Source: a virus (Duplodnaviria > Caudoviricetes). Taken from it: 64,000 bases of DNA. Under the pieces are notes generated by a model, which ran no database searches, was not told where the DNA came from, and was given only the letters and a program-made list of their open reading frames with translations. Positions 16,767 to 26,834 of the stretch are shown piece by piece. Within the stretch, counting starts at the first letter, position 1. Each line of letters starts with the position of its first letter. The stretch spans positions 32,001-96,000 of the IMG/VR virus record IMGVR_UViG_3300032234_000388, one strand, 5' to 3'. The position numbers and the translations under genes were made by a program.

Positions 16767-17013
16767 TATCTTTACTCAGTTCATATAGTATTTTAACACG
16801 ATCTATAGCATCTTGCAAGACTTTATTTTCCTTTGCTGCTTCGACCACATCTGTCCAAAATTGACTTTGTTGTTCAACATAATCTTTTTGTTGTTTAATA
16901 AAAGTTCTACCAATTTCAAACCTTTCAGAATGTGATGCTCCGAATTCTCGAGCATAAGTAATACCGTCTACATGTTCGTAGATATAAGTAGCACCCGGTT
17001 TAAGTGATCCCAT
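16753..17013 (-). CDS. hypothetical protein
   Basis: packed ORF. Confidence 0.65.
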   Translation of the reverse strand: MGSLKPGATYIYEHVDGITYAREFGASHSERFEIGRTFIKQQKDYVEQQSQFWTDVVEAAKENKVLQDAIDRVKILYELSKDNGQK

Positions 17014-17021
17014 GTTGATAA

Positions 17022-17702
17022 CTATAGCAGTTCGGGATTTCCAGTTAAGGATAATGCTGATATATTTTTAAAGTATGCAGGATGCAATCTAACAACGGTA
17101 GGAGAAATTACTTGAATATCAACTAGTGCATCGCCAATTTGGTTATCAGCCGGAACAAATCCGTTTATTGAAATCCAATCAATTAATTTTTTAGCAGCAT
17201 GAGGTTTGATAATATATCCATATGCTCCTCGCATATAATTGCCTGTTTGATTTTTTTCTAAAAATTTAGCTGTTGGATTATTATACTTATTGATTGATAT
17301 TTTAGAACCTGCTTGATTTTCAATGCAATGATTATACTCACTAGAGAACGGATCTAAATTATCTAACTTTAATACATCTTGAAATTGTTCTAAGACATTA
17401 TCGGGCAATCTGTTAATAAAATAACCATCATGTTCTAAAATAACATAGGGAACATTTTCGTCGGCACATTTTTTCCAAAGATAATAATGACTTAAAAAAC
17501 AACCAAACACGCCTGCTCTTCCTTTTTTAAATTTATATTTGGGTTGAATTTTTAATCGAGCTAAGTGTTGTTGATAATCAAGACCATTTATTGCATCAAA
17601 ATATTCCACGTGAATATTTAAAGTTTTTGCTTGCTCAACACATTCAGCAGCATATTTTTCTGAAATAGGATTATTTTTTAATCTTATTATATAGGTTTTC
17701 AT
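17022..17702 (-). CDS. glycosyltransferase family 25
   Basis: FDAING, GCFLSHYYLW, ILEHD, AYGYIIKPHAAKKL. Confidence 0.88.
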   Translation of the reverse strand: MKTYIIRLKNNPISEKYAAECVEQAKTLNIHVEYFDAINGLDYQQHLARLKIQPKYKFKKGRAGVFGCFLSHYYLWKKCADENVPYVILEHDGYFINRLPDNVLEQFQDVLKLDNLDPFSSEYNHCIENQAGSKISINKYNNPTAKFLEKNQTGNYMRGAYGYIIKPHAAKKLIDWISINGFVPADNQIGDALVDIQVISPTVVRLHPAYFKNISALSLTGNPELL

Positions 17703-17868
17703 GTACAAATTCCTTATCTAAGTCGTGTAGTGTTTCTACAAATTTATAGTTTAAACTTTTTAATAGCTGTTTGGTTTTTAGATTAAATTTTTCAGCCTGC
17801 TCGACACATTCTTTTGCAATTTTACAAGAATGATCGTTATCTCTTAATCTAATAATAAATGATTTCAT
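17671..17868 (-). pseudogene. chimeric remnant: GT25 N-terminus fused to an FkbM-like C-terminus
   Basis: N-terminus MKSFIIRLRDND..ECVEQAEK resembles MKTYIIRLKNNP..ECVEQAKT of the adjacent gene. Confidence 0.5.
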
Positions 17869-18212
17869 AGAAATCCTTGATCTCTTACAACATTCCATGC
17901 AATAGCTGTTTGTAGGCCACCCGGTTTAGGATCATTAACTACGATTCGTTCACCTAGCGGTAGATCAAATATTGCGTGATTGTATCGAAGACCGTTGTCT
18001 TTTAAAATCTTTAGACTCGATTCTTTATACTCTTCCGACCTACCTGTAGTAATTATAATATAATCGCCTGTTGGTATTGAGTCCCATAATTCTTTCACTC
18101 CAGGCAACAACTCATCATTATTAGTTAGATAACCGTTGTGTTTTAGTATTGTACCGTCGAGATCAATAAACCAAGTATGACCTAGATTTTCAGAAAGATT
18201 AAAAGGTATCAT
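17865..18212 (-). CDS. HAD-family phosphatase (capsule-biosynthesis type)
   Basis: FIDLDGT, TTGR, VND. Confidence 0.8.
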   Translation of the reverse strand: MIPFNLSENLGHTWFIDLDGTILKHNGYLTNNDELLPGVKELWDSIPTGDYIIITTGRSEEYKESSLKILKDNGLRYNHAIFDLPLGERIVVNDPKPGGLQTAIAWNVVRDQGFL

Positions 18213-19726
18213 GCTTTTTTTAATCCTTGTTCCAGATAATATAATCCGAGATAAAAACTTCCAATGACACTATCGATGTCATCCTTAGCGTATCCACTCA
18301 ATGCCAACCAAATAAGTCCGTGTAATATTTCAATCTTGGCAACATCTTGCCCAAAGAAATCTGCAAATATTTCATGGCCAACATTTGTAAATGTAGATTC
18401 TTCCATCAAAATTTCCACAGTTTCGCTGTCTACATGTAGTTTGAATTTTCTACGATTAAATGTATCATACCCACCGATTGCTGAATAATACACTTTTGCA
18501 AAGTCATACATAGGATCGCCCCATATGCCGGGCTTGGCAAAATATCCACGAGGATCAATAAACCATGCTCGAAGATTTTTGTCTATAAGACTATTACTGA
18601 ATGTAGGATCTCCATGTATAGGAGTGAAGTATGATGGTTTAATAAGAGAATAAATTAAATCCATACTATTACTATCGTGGAATATATTTTTACATTTTGT
18701 TCCGTTGATTGTAATAGCTTTCTGATCAAAGTTAGGGATAATACCAGAAACACTTTCTACTCTAGTAATTGTTTTTGTAATATATGTTTCTTTGACATCT
18801 TCTTCGACTACAGCCTGTGTACCGAGATCGTGTAATGATACTAGTGCATCTAAGTAGTCTGCCAGAACTGCACGTTTTTCACGCTCGGTGAGATCATTCA
18901 TTTGATAGGCATGTTGACCCTGAATACGTTCCATTACATACGGCTCGGTAGCAATTATTTTTGGAATTCTTCTGAAGCCTAATTCACTAGCACTCTTGTA
19001 CCACGCTTGTTCTTTGTCTATTAAGTGTGCGTAGTTAGGATCGATGGCCCGTTTTTCTACAGTATTTTCTAATATCTTAACTTCATTAAAGAATCTACTA
19101 AAACCTGCACGATCGTTTTGAGTTTCAATTGTTGCAAAATCGCCAAGCTCTTCTAGGTCATTACACACCGCAGTTTCAAAGATAGGAACATTGCGGCTAA
19201 ACCATTTAACAAATTCTCCACTAGCCGGCGGCTCTGGAAAATATTCAGCTCTACTTGCATAAAAGATTCCTGGTATTCCATTCGGGCCTGGTTGCTCGTA
19301 TAGTTTGCCGTCATTACCTTGAGTCCATCTACAGGTAAATGCGTTAGAAATGAACACCAATGGAACATTTTCTTTAATTACAATGTCAGGCATAGTTCCA
19401 ATAATTAAATCACTCCACATAATCATTAATTCCGAATCGGCAGGTACAGCCTTAAGGGCTTGTGCAATCCCACTGCAAGTACCTTTTTCTTTGGTCTGTG
19501 TTAGTGTAAATTTAATACCGGGAGGATTAACCTGAAGATATTTTTCAAGTTGATCAAAAGCGTAGTCGCCTATGATGTGAAAATGTGCATTTGGAAATCT
19601 ATCAAACAAATGATACAGAAGAGGCTTGCCCCTAACACTAACTAGGCATTTAGGTTTATTCCAAGTATGGTGGCGTAGCCTACTACCGCGGCCGCCTGCC
19701 TGGACTATAATGTGCAGTTGGGTCAT
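18209..19726 (-). CDS. NTP-transferase fused to an APH/choline-kinase-like domain
   Basis: QAGGRGSRL..KPK N-terminus; IHGDPTFSN..FIDPRG..YDFAK C-terminus. Confidence 0.85.
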   Translation of the reverse strand: MTQLHIIVQAGGRGSRLRHHTWNKPKCLVSVRGKPLLYHLFDRFPNAHFHIIGDYAFDQLEKYLQVNPPGIKFTLTQTKEKGTCSGIAQALKAVPADSELMIMWSDLIIGTMPDIVIKENVPLVFISNAFTCRWTQGNDGKLYEQPGPNGIPGIFYASRAEYFPEPPASGEFVKWFSRNVPIFETAVCNDLEELGDFATIETQNDRAGFSRFFNEVKILENTVEKRAIDPNYAHLIDKEQAWYKSASELGFRRIPKIIATEPYVMERIQGQHAYQMNDLTEREKRAVLADYLDALVSLHDLGTQAVVEEDVKETYITKTITRVESVSGIIPNFDQKAITINGTKCKNIFHDSNSMDLIYSLIKPSYFTPIHGDPTFSNSLIDKNLRAWFIDPRGYFAKPGIWGDPMYDFAKVYYSAIGGYDTFNRRKFKLHVDSETVEILMEESTFTNVGHEIFADFFGQDVAKIEILHGLIWLALSGYAKDDIDSVIGSFYLGLYYLEQGLKKA

Positions 19727-20316
19727 ACTATTTTTTTAAAATGAATATCTGCTTCTTTATTCCATTGGTCAGGAACAACAGTGTATTCGAAATTATGGGT
19801 TGTCAACCATGTGCATATGGATTCTACGTCATTAATGGTATTTTTGTAAAGAGCAATGTTATAGGCAGCCTCACATCTACCTTCCTGTACTATTGAAATA
19901 TAATCACCTAAACTTTTTAATACATTAAAATCATTACCTTGAGCATCAATCCAAAGATAATCAATCTTCGTAATATTTTTATTTTTTATAAGTGTATCAA
20001 GTCTCATACATTGCACATTAACACTTCCTTCCCATTCCCATGTCGCATTCTTTAAGTCCGGCCAAGATTCTTTTAAATCATCTGAAAACTCATGTAAAGA
20101 AGATACACCCGCTGATATATTAAATTTTTTATCTGTTTCATCTAAGTCCACGGCTGCTGCTATTATGTGAACATTTTTATTTTGATTAAAGATTTTATTT
20201 AATCGTTTAACATATGCAGGATTTGGTTCAAATACAAAGACAATATTATCTGGGTCAGTAGTCCACTGTACTGTATCGGTTCCCTTGTGTCCACCAACTT
20301 CTACGATAGTTTTCAT
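19723..20316 (-). CDS. FkbM family methyltransferase
   Basis: EVGGHKG, FEPNP, RLDT, IDAQGNDFNVL. Confidence 0.85.
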   Translation of the reverse strand: MKTIVEVGGHKGTDTVQWTTDPDNIVFVFEPNPAYVKRLNKIFNQNKNVHIIAAAVDLDETDKKFNISAGVSSLHEFSDDLKESWPDLKNATWEWEGSVNVQCMRLDTLIKNKNITKIDYLWIDAQGNDFNVLKSLGDYISIVQEGRCEAAYNIALYKNTINDVESICTWLTTHNFEYTVVPDQWNKEADIHFKKIV

Positions 20317-20987
20317 TTTAATTTCTCCATATCTGTAGCAAATGAAGTGTGTAAGTATTCTTCGTAGGCTTTTGCATCACGTTTTTTTGAATTGTCTACA
20401 TCAATACTAACAGCATCGGCAACACCATTTTCTCTAGTATAATGTAGATGTTGAATTTTTACATCATCAAATCTATATACAGATCCTAGATGATTAGACA
20501 TATCTCTCCAAAAGTCGTCGGCATACATACATCGTAAAGTGGGCGGAACCATATATCCTAATCGCTTAACAATACTAGAATCCATTACAGGAAAATAAAT
20601 CCGACCCTTCTTGTTAATCATATCGTTGCCGTAGACAATCGCATTTTTTCCTAATTCCTGCATTTTTGAAATAAATCTTTCTTCGTAATTAGCAGTATGA
20701 AAAATGCAATCGTCTTCATTAAATGCTAGATATTTGTATTGATCAACATACCGCATGGCAACAGAATTAAGAATAGCAAGGAAAGACGATCCCGGTATCT
20801 TAGGATTTTTTTCCCATATAACTGTAGAAAATTTTTCAATTAGATGATCGCAACTATGGTCGTCATCATCTAATGCAATTAACATATCTGATAGACCACC
20901 AGTAGTAGCTACCCAAGAATTTAAAAATCTTTCTAATTTTTCAGGTCTATTTCTAGAAGGAACTATCCAGAGAATTTTTTCTTTCAT
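20313..20987 (-). CDS. GT-A (GT2-like) glycosyltransferase
   Basis: IVPSRNR, DDDD, NEDD, YADD, HLH. Confidence 0.75.
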   Translation of the reverse strand: MKEKILWIVPSRNRPEKLERFLNSWVATTGGLSDMLIALDDDDHSCDHLIEKFSTVIWEKNPKIPGSSFLAILNSVAMRYVDQYKYLAFNEDDCIFHTANYEERFISKMQELGKNAIVYGNDMINKKGRIYFPVMDSSIVKRLGYMVPPTLRCMYADDFWRDMSNHLGSVYRFDDVKIQHLHYTRENGVADAVSIDVDNSKKRDAKAYEEYLHTSFATDMEKLK

Positions 20988-21328
20988 TTTGTGAAACCTA
21001 CAGTTTCCCTAGCAATATCGTCATGATCGAATTCTGCCCAGTACAATTCAAATGCGATGCAATCAGTAACAGCTTCAAATTGATGATATTCGCCGGGAGC
21101 AACCTTGGTATATTGTCCAGGCTTTAACAATGTTTCATCAACTAGATCATAGTTATTCTTCCATACACGAATAATCATTTCTCCTGATTCAACAAAGAAT
21201 CCATTCCATTTAAATTTATGTTTATGTTTAGAGCAAACTCCGCCTGCCTTGGCTTCGATGCGATGAAATTCTAACACCCCGTTGGCTTCTAATAATTCTG
21301 TTTGACCCCATACTTTACCAGCTTTCAT
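20984..21328 (-). CDS. cupin (sugar isomerase-like)
   Basis: KVWG, CSKHKH, PGEYHQF, ELY. Confidence 0.75.
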   Translation of the reverse strand: MKAGKVWGQTELLEANGVLEFHRIEAKAGGVCSKHKHKFKWNGFFVESGEMIIRVWKNNYDLVDETLLKPGQYTKVAPGEYHQFEAVTDCIAFELYWAEFDHDDIARETVGFTK

Positions 21329-21558
21329 AATTTTCCTTTAATTGCTGCTAACAAATACTCTTCTTTTGTTAGCCATTTGTATTCAAATACAGGTGTACCA
21401 GGACCTGTAATTGTTCTTGTTCCTTTGTAAGCATATTTTAACCAAATATACTTTTTACTTATCTCGCACTGTCTTGGCCATATAATAAATTTATATTCCC
21501 AAATTGACCGACTCCATCGATAGTCGCCGTTAACTTTGCCCACATAACTGTGCCCCAT
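21325..21558 (-). CDS. hypothetical protein
   Basis: ATGA-coupled ORF. Confidence 0.6.
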   Translation of the reverse strand: MGHSYVGKVNGDYRWSRSIWEYKFIIWPRQCEISKKYIWLKYAYKGTRTITGPGTPVFEYKWLTKEEYLLAAIKGKL

Positions 21559-22064
21559 CATACCACTTTATGCATCTGTAAAATTTCGCTCTGTCTGCTA
21601 ACTTCTTTAACAAAATATGCGCATGGTGGATTATCCCCGTCGTGTAAGGGAACAGTTAGTAGCTGACCATTTTTCATCTTAGGAAAATACCAACGCACAT
21701 CTTGAAAAATGTTTACAATTTCAATAGGCATAAATTCTGCTTTAAATCCTTTAATTGGATTAAAAACAAATGCGTCGAAGCCTCGTTCATTAATTGATGT
21801 TAATGGCAGCACTTCAGGATCTAATCCACATTCTTTATCTCCTACCACCATGCACCAATCCAAAGGCATCTGTACTTCGTAGCCGCCAATGTTCAGCAAA
21901 ATGGCAGGACTGTTAAAAGATTCTAAAAAGATCAAAGGCATAAAGAAAAAGTCTGGATCATTAGGATTACTGTTATCTAATACTGAAAATCTTGTATCTT
22001 CATCTACTTCATCTGGCAGCTCGTTTAGATCAAAAGCTGTGTTGTTTAGTGTTAAAATTCTCAT
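21558..22064 (-). CDS. hypothetical protein (possible degenerate Hint fold)
   Basis: coupled to uvsW; beta-rich. Confidence 0.65.
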   Translation of the reverse strand: MRILTLNNTAFDLNELPDEVDEDTRFSVLDNSNPNDPDFFFMPLIFLESFNSPAILLNIGGYEVQMPLDWCMVVGDKECGLDPEVLPLTSINERGFDAFVFNPIKGFKAEFMPIEIVNIFQDVRWYFPKMKNGQLLTVPLHDGDNPPCAYFVKEVSRQSEILQMHKVV

Positions 22065-23515
22065 ATGTTTACCTTGGTTATTGTGAAAGGATATTTTGCA
22101 TCCTTGTAAAATTTCTTGCGTTCTGTGAGATGACGTTTAGCATACTTGCATGCTGACGTAATGTCCCATATCTCTACATGATCTTTATCTTCAGCTTTTC
22201 TAATACCGCGACCAATGCTTTGAATGACACGGACGAACGATTTTCCCGGTTCAATGAGTACAAGATTAAAAATTCTAGGAATATTGATACCGACAGCAGC
22301 AACACCATAGGTAGCAATAATAATCTTGCCATCGCTAGTTTTAATTTCATCATATTCCTCTTTTCTATCATCCAGTTTCATTCCGCCACTGACAAACACA
22401 GCATCCGGTATTAAATCCATAAGTTTATTACCAGTGTCAATTCTATTGATTAACACCAGTGTGTTGCCAGTTAAACTGACTTGTTTAATCTGTTTGCTAA
22501 TCCAGTCTAGTCTATTAGGATCAGTGACTAAGAAACTGTATTCGTCTTGATAACTTCGAAATACCTGTACATCGTTAGTTTGTAGTACATTAATTTGCAA
22601 GTTTGCTAACACACCTTTTTCTTGTAGGTCGTGTGCAGATACCTGATTAATTACCGGACCTATACTAGCTAGTATGCCTTGAAACTCCCATGCTTCTTTA
22701 GGCACAGTACCAGTTAGTCCCCAACGAATAGGACAGTTCTTAAAGTTTTGTGTTAATAGTTTTGTCAGCACTTCTGCTTTGGCCTGATGAACCTCGTCGA
22801 TAATAATTGCATTAACACCTTCACAAAATTCAGCTAATGAAAGGCTATCTTCGTCGTAGCTTTTTTTATCTAGGACGTTAAGACTCTGCCAAGTACATAT
22901 AGTGTGTGTTTTGTTTAATTCTTTTCGATCACCAAAGTATACACCAACATCTAATCCTAAGTTGACATAGTCCTCTTCTGTTTGAACTACTAGACTTTTG
23001 TTAGGAACAATGACCATAGTACGTCCATATGGTTCGCACAAGGATGAAAGAGTCGCTGTGGTAATTGTTTTACCTGCTCCTGTGGCTACTTCTTGTAGAC
23101 TTTGCGGATTTTCTAAAAACTTGTTTACTACATCATACTGATAGTCACGCAATATAATAGGATCACCTGCATTAGGATGTCCTTTAGGCCAAGTCTTGCC
23201 TTGGTCAGCCCAGTAATTTTCTGTCACAGGCGTAAATTTAATATCTTGCGGCTGACGTAAGTCTTCTACTTCTATCTCGTAGCCGCTTTCGGTTATAATA
23301 GGTAATATAATATCGAGGTGAGCAAGATAACCTGTGCCACCAATGCTAAAATATGTTTTTGTGCCATCCCATCTTCCTAGTTTATATGCGGGCATATGAC
23401 GAGCGTAAGGCAAATCAAACTTTAATTTGTTGACTATTTTTCTTCGTGTTTCTACACTTAGGCCTTCTACCTTAATGTTTACTTCGTCTTTAATTGTAAG
23501 TTTACAGCTCGACAA
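22061..23515 (-). CDS. uvsW: UvsW-like SF2 helicase
   Basis: LRDYQ, ATGAGKT, DEVH, LTGT, QSIGRGIR. Confidence 0.92.
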   Translation of the reverse strand: MSSCKLTIKDEVNIKVEGLSVETRRKIVNKLKFDLPYARHMPAYKLGRWDGTKTYFSIGGTGYLAHLDIILPIITESGYEIEVEDLRQPQDIKFTPVTENYWADQGKTWPKGHPNAGDPIILRDYQYDVVNKFLENPQSLQEVATGAGKTITTATLSSLCEPYGRTMVIVPNKSLVVQTEEDYVNLGLDVGVYFGDRKELNKTHTICTWQSLNVLDKKSYDEDSLSLAEFCEGVNAIIIDEVHQAKAEVLTKLLTQNFKNCPIRWGLTGTVPKEAWEFQGILASIGPVINQVSAHDLQEKGVLANLQINVLQTNDVQVFRSYQDEYSFLVTDPNRLDWISKQIKQVSLTGNTLVLINRIDTGNKLMDLIPDAVFVSGGMKLDDRKEEYDEIKTSDGKIIIATYGVAAVGINIPRIFNLVLIEPGKSFVRVIQSIGRGIRKAEDKDHVEIWDITSACKYAKRHLTERKKFYKDAKYPFTITKVNI

Positions 23516-24689
23516 TTTGTTGTCCTCTTTGTTCTGACGGCTTAATATCCCCTAGATAAATCACACAAGGATGGCTTTCAAACCAGTCTTTGGTTATCTG
23601 ACTTGTAGGCGGATACAAGTTATTAGTCACTAACATTTTAACATCTTCTGTGTGTTTAAACAACCACTTAGCCGGCTTATATTCGAATATTAAAATTTTT
23701 CCATCTTCAACCTTGCCGCCTACACCGTTGCTCTTTATCCAACCGTTAATTCCAGTATCAGCATTTTTTAATTCTCTAAAACATACTCGGATATCACTTC
23801 TAGATACCCCAGCAAGATCGGCATCTCTAACAAAATAATCTAACCACGAAAGCGTGTTGCCTGTTCGGTCCAACACTACTACTAGCTTGCCTGTGATTGA
23901 ATTGTACAAAGAAAATAGTTCTTTATTAGTTTTAATCCAAAATGAATTTGAAGTACTAGCAGCAATAGTTTCTACAATATTTGTTGGCTGTCCTTGATAC
24001 AAATACCCCATGCTTTTCGCCAACAATAAATTATCTCCGTAGCTGCCAACAGCTTTTTTATTCCAAAAAGTTTCAGCATCTTCTGTAGCGTTGTTGAGAA
24101 CGACTGTGTCGTTTACTGCGGTAGAAAACGGCAAAACTTGTTCAGCATTTTGCCAAATTTCTTCAACATCGCTAAGAGCAATCATAAAAGTATCGTCAAT
24201 TTCAAAATTATGTTTTTGTGCAAACTCATAAAGCTGCACAAGATTAAAATCATACAGACTTAAACACCTAACCTTTTTTTCTGTATTCCAGAATGATGTT
24301 GTATGATGGTCAAGACCGCCATGAATTTCACTGTCAAACTCTTTTTTTAGCTGATATGGAAATTTTAGGCAAACCCAAACCTGACCTTTGTCGTCTTTGT
24401 CTACATAAATTCTCTTTGACAGGTCTAAGACTCTAAACGGTTGTCTCCACTGTACAACAGACAACGTATTGGCATAATCCAACCCTGCCATTGCGGCAAT
24501 GGTTTTGTATTTTTCCAGTAATTTTAAGAGAAAATTTGCCTGATTTTGAGTCAGCGGCTCGCCGTTAATTATTTTGAGATAAAAACTTTCCATAGGAGAA
24601 AGATCTTGCTGTTGGCAAGGTAAATTCTCTTTGTGATATAGTTCATAGAAAGATTCAAATAGATCTTCTGCGAATACCGATGTTAACAT
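23502..24689 (-). CDS. hypothetical protein
   Basis: 395-aa ORF heading the uvsW unit. Confidence 0.75.
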   Translation of the reverse strand: MLTSVFAEDLFESFYELYHKENLPCQQQDLSPMESFYLKIINGEPLTQNQANFLLKLLEKYKTIAAMAGLDYANTLSVVQWRQPFRVLDLSKRIYVDKDDKGQVWVCLKFPYQLKKEFDSEIHGGLDHHTTSFWNTEKKVRCLSLYDFNLVQLYEFAQKHNFEIDDTFMIALSDVEEIWQNAEQVLPFSTAVNDTVVLNNATEDAETFWNKKAVGSYGDNLLLAKSMGYLYQGQPTNIVETIAASTSNSFWIKTNKELFSLYNSITGKLVVVLDRTGNTLSWLDYFVRDADLAGVSRSDIRVCFRELKNADTGINGWIKSNGVGGKVEDGKILIFEYKPAKWLFKHTEDVKMLVTNNLYPPTSQITKDWFESHPCVIYLGDIKPSEQRGQQIVEL

Positions 24690-24695
24690 TTAAAC

Positions 24696-24724
24696 AGTAT
24701 ACTGTCTAAAAATATGGTTGTCAA
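24696..24724 (-). promoter_or_regulatory. sigma70 promoter, probably leaderless
   Basis: TTGACA-17-TATACT, ATG 6 nt downstream. Confidence 0.8.
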
Positions 24725-25566
24725 CTGATTTTTTTGACTATTTCTGGTAAGAGTCTTTGAAGGGGAATACCTTGTGCAATTTCTTTAACTGTCCACTCTG
24801 TATGACAAAGTTTTAAGAACCATTCTTCTCTGTCAGGTAGTTGAGGATTATCTAAATTTTTCCAATTTGTTGACATCGGCGCTGCTAAACTTGACGAATC
24901 ACATAAAATTGGTATGCCCTGAATAGCAGCTTGTACTGCAGGCCCACTGTTATAGTTAATCACACAATGATATCCATATAGAATATTAAAATCGTCATAA
25001 GTGTTTGGTACACGTTGAGGACGTTCAAACAAAATACCCGGCATTTTAAATGGAAAGGAGGATCGAGGATGGGGTCTAACAATGATTCTTCGGTGGGTAT
25101 GTTGTTTTATTTTGGCTATAGTCTCTTCGCACCACGTTTTCATCAACGGCATACCCTCCCACTGCAGACTATCCTGGTGTTGACAGGCAATTAGTATTTC
25201 GCCTCTACGATGAGTTGGGATAGATTTTAATTTTACATCTAAAACAGATGGTCGATTATTGTCGAGTTCGGTGCTATTGCCAAATATTCCCTGATTGTTG
25301 ATATGATTCAAAGAAATGCGCCACGTTTCACCTCTTTTGAGATTGCCTACTTCGATAATGATTACAGGCTTGTTGAGATTTTTGCATTCATAATAGATTT
25401 GCTGGTTAGCTTTCATTCGGCCAGCCCACAATACTGACCAAATCACAACAACATCCTCGTTGTCTGTGACACTTTCGTGTCCAAGAGCTTGAAGTCCTCG
25501 CTCGAAGGCATCAAAAACTGGTACACTGTTTAACGCACCGTGTTCGCGATATAATCTGAAGCGCAT
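24721..25566 (-). CDS. KpsS/KpsC-like capsule-polysaccharide GT-B protein
   Basis: IEVG, VRPHP, NSGPAVQAAIQGIP, EWTVKEIAQG. Confidence 0.65.
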   Translation of the reverse strand: MRFRLYREHGALNSVPVFDAFERGLQALGHESVTDNEDVVVIWSVLWAGRMKANQQIYYECKNLNKPVIIIEVGNLKRGETWRISLNHINNQGIFGNSTELDNNRPSVLDVKLKSIPTHRRGEILIACQHQDSLQWEGMPLMKTWCEETIAKIKQHTHRRIIVRPHPRSSFPFKMPGILFERPQRVPNTYDDFNILYGYHCVINYNSGPAVQAAIQGIPILCDSSSLAAPMSTNWKNLDNPQLPDREEWFLKLCHTEWTVKEIAQGIPLQRLLPEIVKKIS

Positions 25567-25593
25567 AAAGTCCTATAAATAACTGAGTATTTA

Positions 25594-25998
25594 ATGATTA
25601 TGAACAAATTCCAAAAAAGATTACGTAAACTTAATAAAAATCAGGGCAATGCCGTGGTCATAGGTACTGCTTTCGGCAATCTTGAAAATATTTTAGAAAT
25701 TTACAACACTGTGTTTGTAATTGATGAGAATTTTTCAACTGTAAAGGCGAAAAATCTGGTCTATAAAGAAAATTTCGATAATTTAAACGCAATCACAGAA
25801 GTCAACGCAATATTTTTTGATTTATCTCGGATTGATCGGTTCGAAATGGTCAAAGAGTTTTGGCAAAGAAACAATTCAAAGGTAATTATCGAAGGAGATG
25901 AACCAATTGGTCGAGAATTTTCTAAGCCTTTGTATGATACCGGGTGGGGATGTACTAGTAAACAGGGATTGTTCCATGTATGGGAAAAATTAAAATGA
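25594..25998 (+). CDS. hypothetical protein (possible degenerate methyltransferase fold)
   Basis: TATAAATA at 25574-25581; AVVIGTAFG. Confidence 0.55.
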   Translation: MIMNKFQKRLRKLNKNQGNAVVIGTAFGNLENILEIYNTVFVIDENFSTVKAKNLVYKENFDNLNAITEVNAIFFDLSRIDRFEMVKEFWQRNNSKVIIEGDEPIGREFSKPLYDTGWGCTSKQGLFHVWEKLK

Positions 25999-26831
25999 AA
26001 ATTGCGGTAGTCACAACATTTCACGAAAAGGGTCTACAAGAATATGGCCAAAGAATGATTGAAACATTCTGTACTAACTGGCCTGCAGAAGTAAAATTAC
26101 ACATTTATCCAGAAATGTGTAATCCTGCAATTAAAGATCACAATCATGTGACACTAAAACGGCTTGAAGAAATTCCAGAGTTAATGGCATTTAAAAATCG
26201 TTGGAAAGATGTGCCAAAAGCCAACGGAGATGTTAGTGCTGATCCTATTAGAAGTCGAAGAAAAGATTCAGGAAAAGGATTCAAGTGGCATGCTATTCGA
26301 TTCGCACACAAAGTCTATGCAATATTTGACTGTGCTCGAGAAACTGATGCAGATTTTTTAATATGGATGGATGCAGACACCATTTGCCACAGTCCTATCA
26401 CTATGCAAGATCTATATAAAATGATTCCTTCGGATTCTGAACTGTGTTATTTAGGAAGAAAAGGAAAATATTCGGAGTGCGGACTGTATGCTATGAATTT
26501 ACGTAGTGCTAATGTGCAGGCTTTCTTAAAAGAATTTCAAAGATACTATGATCAAGCAGAACAAGGAATTTTTCAATTAGCTGAATGGCATGACAGTTTT
26601 GTTTTTGATGCAGTGAGAGTAAAATTTCCACAGATGAAACAACTAGACTGGGCGGCACACCTACACGACTTGCGTCCAGCACCGGGCATGAGTTCTGGAG
26701 AAGGCCATCCATTAATTAATAGTCAATGGGGTGCTTGGCTGGATCATCTCAAAGGCGGTAGAAAGAAATTAGGTCGTAGTAAACGTGAAGACTTAAAAGT
26801 TCAAAGAACAGAAGCATATTGGCAGAGGTAA
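25995..26831 (+). CDS. GT-A glycosyltransferase (GT6-like motifs)
   Basis: IWMDAD DxD motif; EWHDSFVF. Confidence 0.7.
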   Translation: MKIAVVTTFHEKGLQEYGQRMIETFCTNWPAEVKLHIYPEMCNPAIKDHNHVTLKRLEEIPELMAFKNRWKDVPKANGDVSADPIRSRRKDSGKGFKWHAIRFAHKVYAIFDCARETDADFLIWMDADTICHSPITMQDLYKMIPSDSELCYLGRKGKYSECGLYAMNLRSANVQAFLKEFQRYYDQAEQGIFQLAEWHDSFVFDAVRVKFPQMKQLDWAAHLHDLRPAPGMSSGEGHPLINSQWGAWLDHLKGGRKKLGRSKREDLKVQRTEAYWQR

Positions 26832-26834
26832 TCC

